From: Octopus bimaculoides
Lineage: Eukaryota
Direction of reading: 5' to 3'
Length of the DNA stretch: 36,231 nt
NCBI RefSeq assembly: GCF_001194135.2
Contig: NC_068982.1
Coordinates: 62,064,716-62,100,946 of the forward strand
Shown here: positions 36,193-36,231 of the stretch, piece by piece
Layout of the letters: each line of letters opens with the position of its first letter
Position numbering within the stretch: the stretch's first letter is position 1
Notes under the pieces: generated by a model
Database searches by the model: none
What the model saw: the letters and a program-made list of their open reading frames with translations, nothing else
What the model was told of the DNA's origin: nothing
Made by a program: the position numbers and the translations under genes

Positions 36193-36231
<39 letters not shown>

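Overview
Eukaryotic draft-scaffold window with seven N-gaps and many microsatellites. It is almost entirely decayed transposable elements, and no intact protein-coding gene is supported. The SINE families and TTAGGG repeats suggest a mollusc, probably an octopus; this is an inference from recalled repeat families, not a search. DNA transposons: two abutting mariner deletion derivatives, a full-length IR-DR Tc1 pseudogene, a second Tc1 remnant, a Tigger/pogo (TIGD1-like) pseudogene, and Merlin-like, CMC/Chapaev-like and hAT-like MITEs. Retroelements: RTE, CR1/L2-group and Dong/R4 (RLE-type) LINE remnants, Penelope-like (PLE) remnants and about 20 tRNA-derived SINE copies. The ORF track misses the most interesting signals: (1) minimal hammerhead-ribozyme motifs, two in a ~460-bp inverted-repeat PLE terminus (6322-6783) and one downstream of a GIY-YIG remnant (18774-18816); (2) a GG-ended MITE with an 8-bp TSD whose centre is a (CCCTAA)n/(TTAGGG)n palindrome, plus a second copy with mirrored telomere-variant repeats; (3) a Dong/R4 LINE ending in (ACT)n, followed by a tandem SINE stack separated by (AAT)n; (4) a weak candidate first exon (MGGC...) near 32.7 kb. 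All alignments and translations were done by eye.
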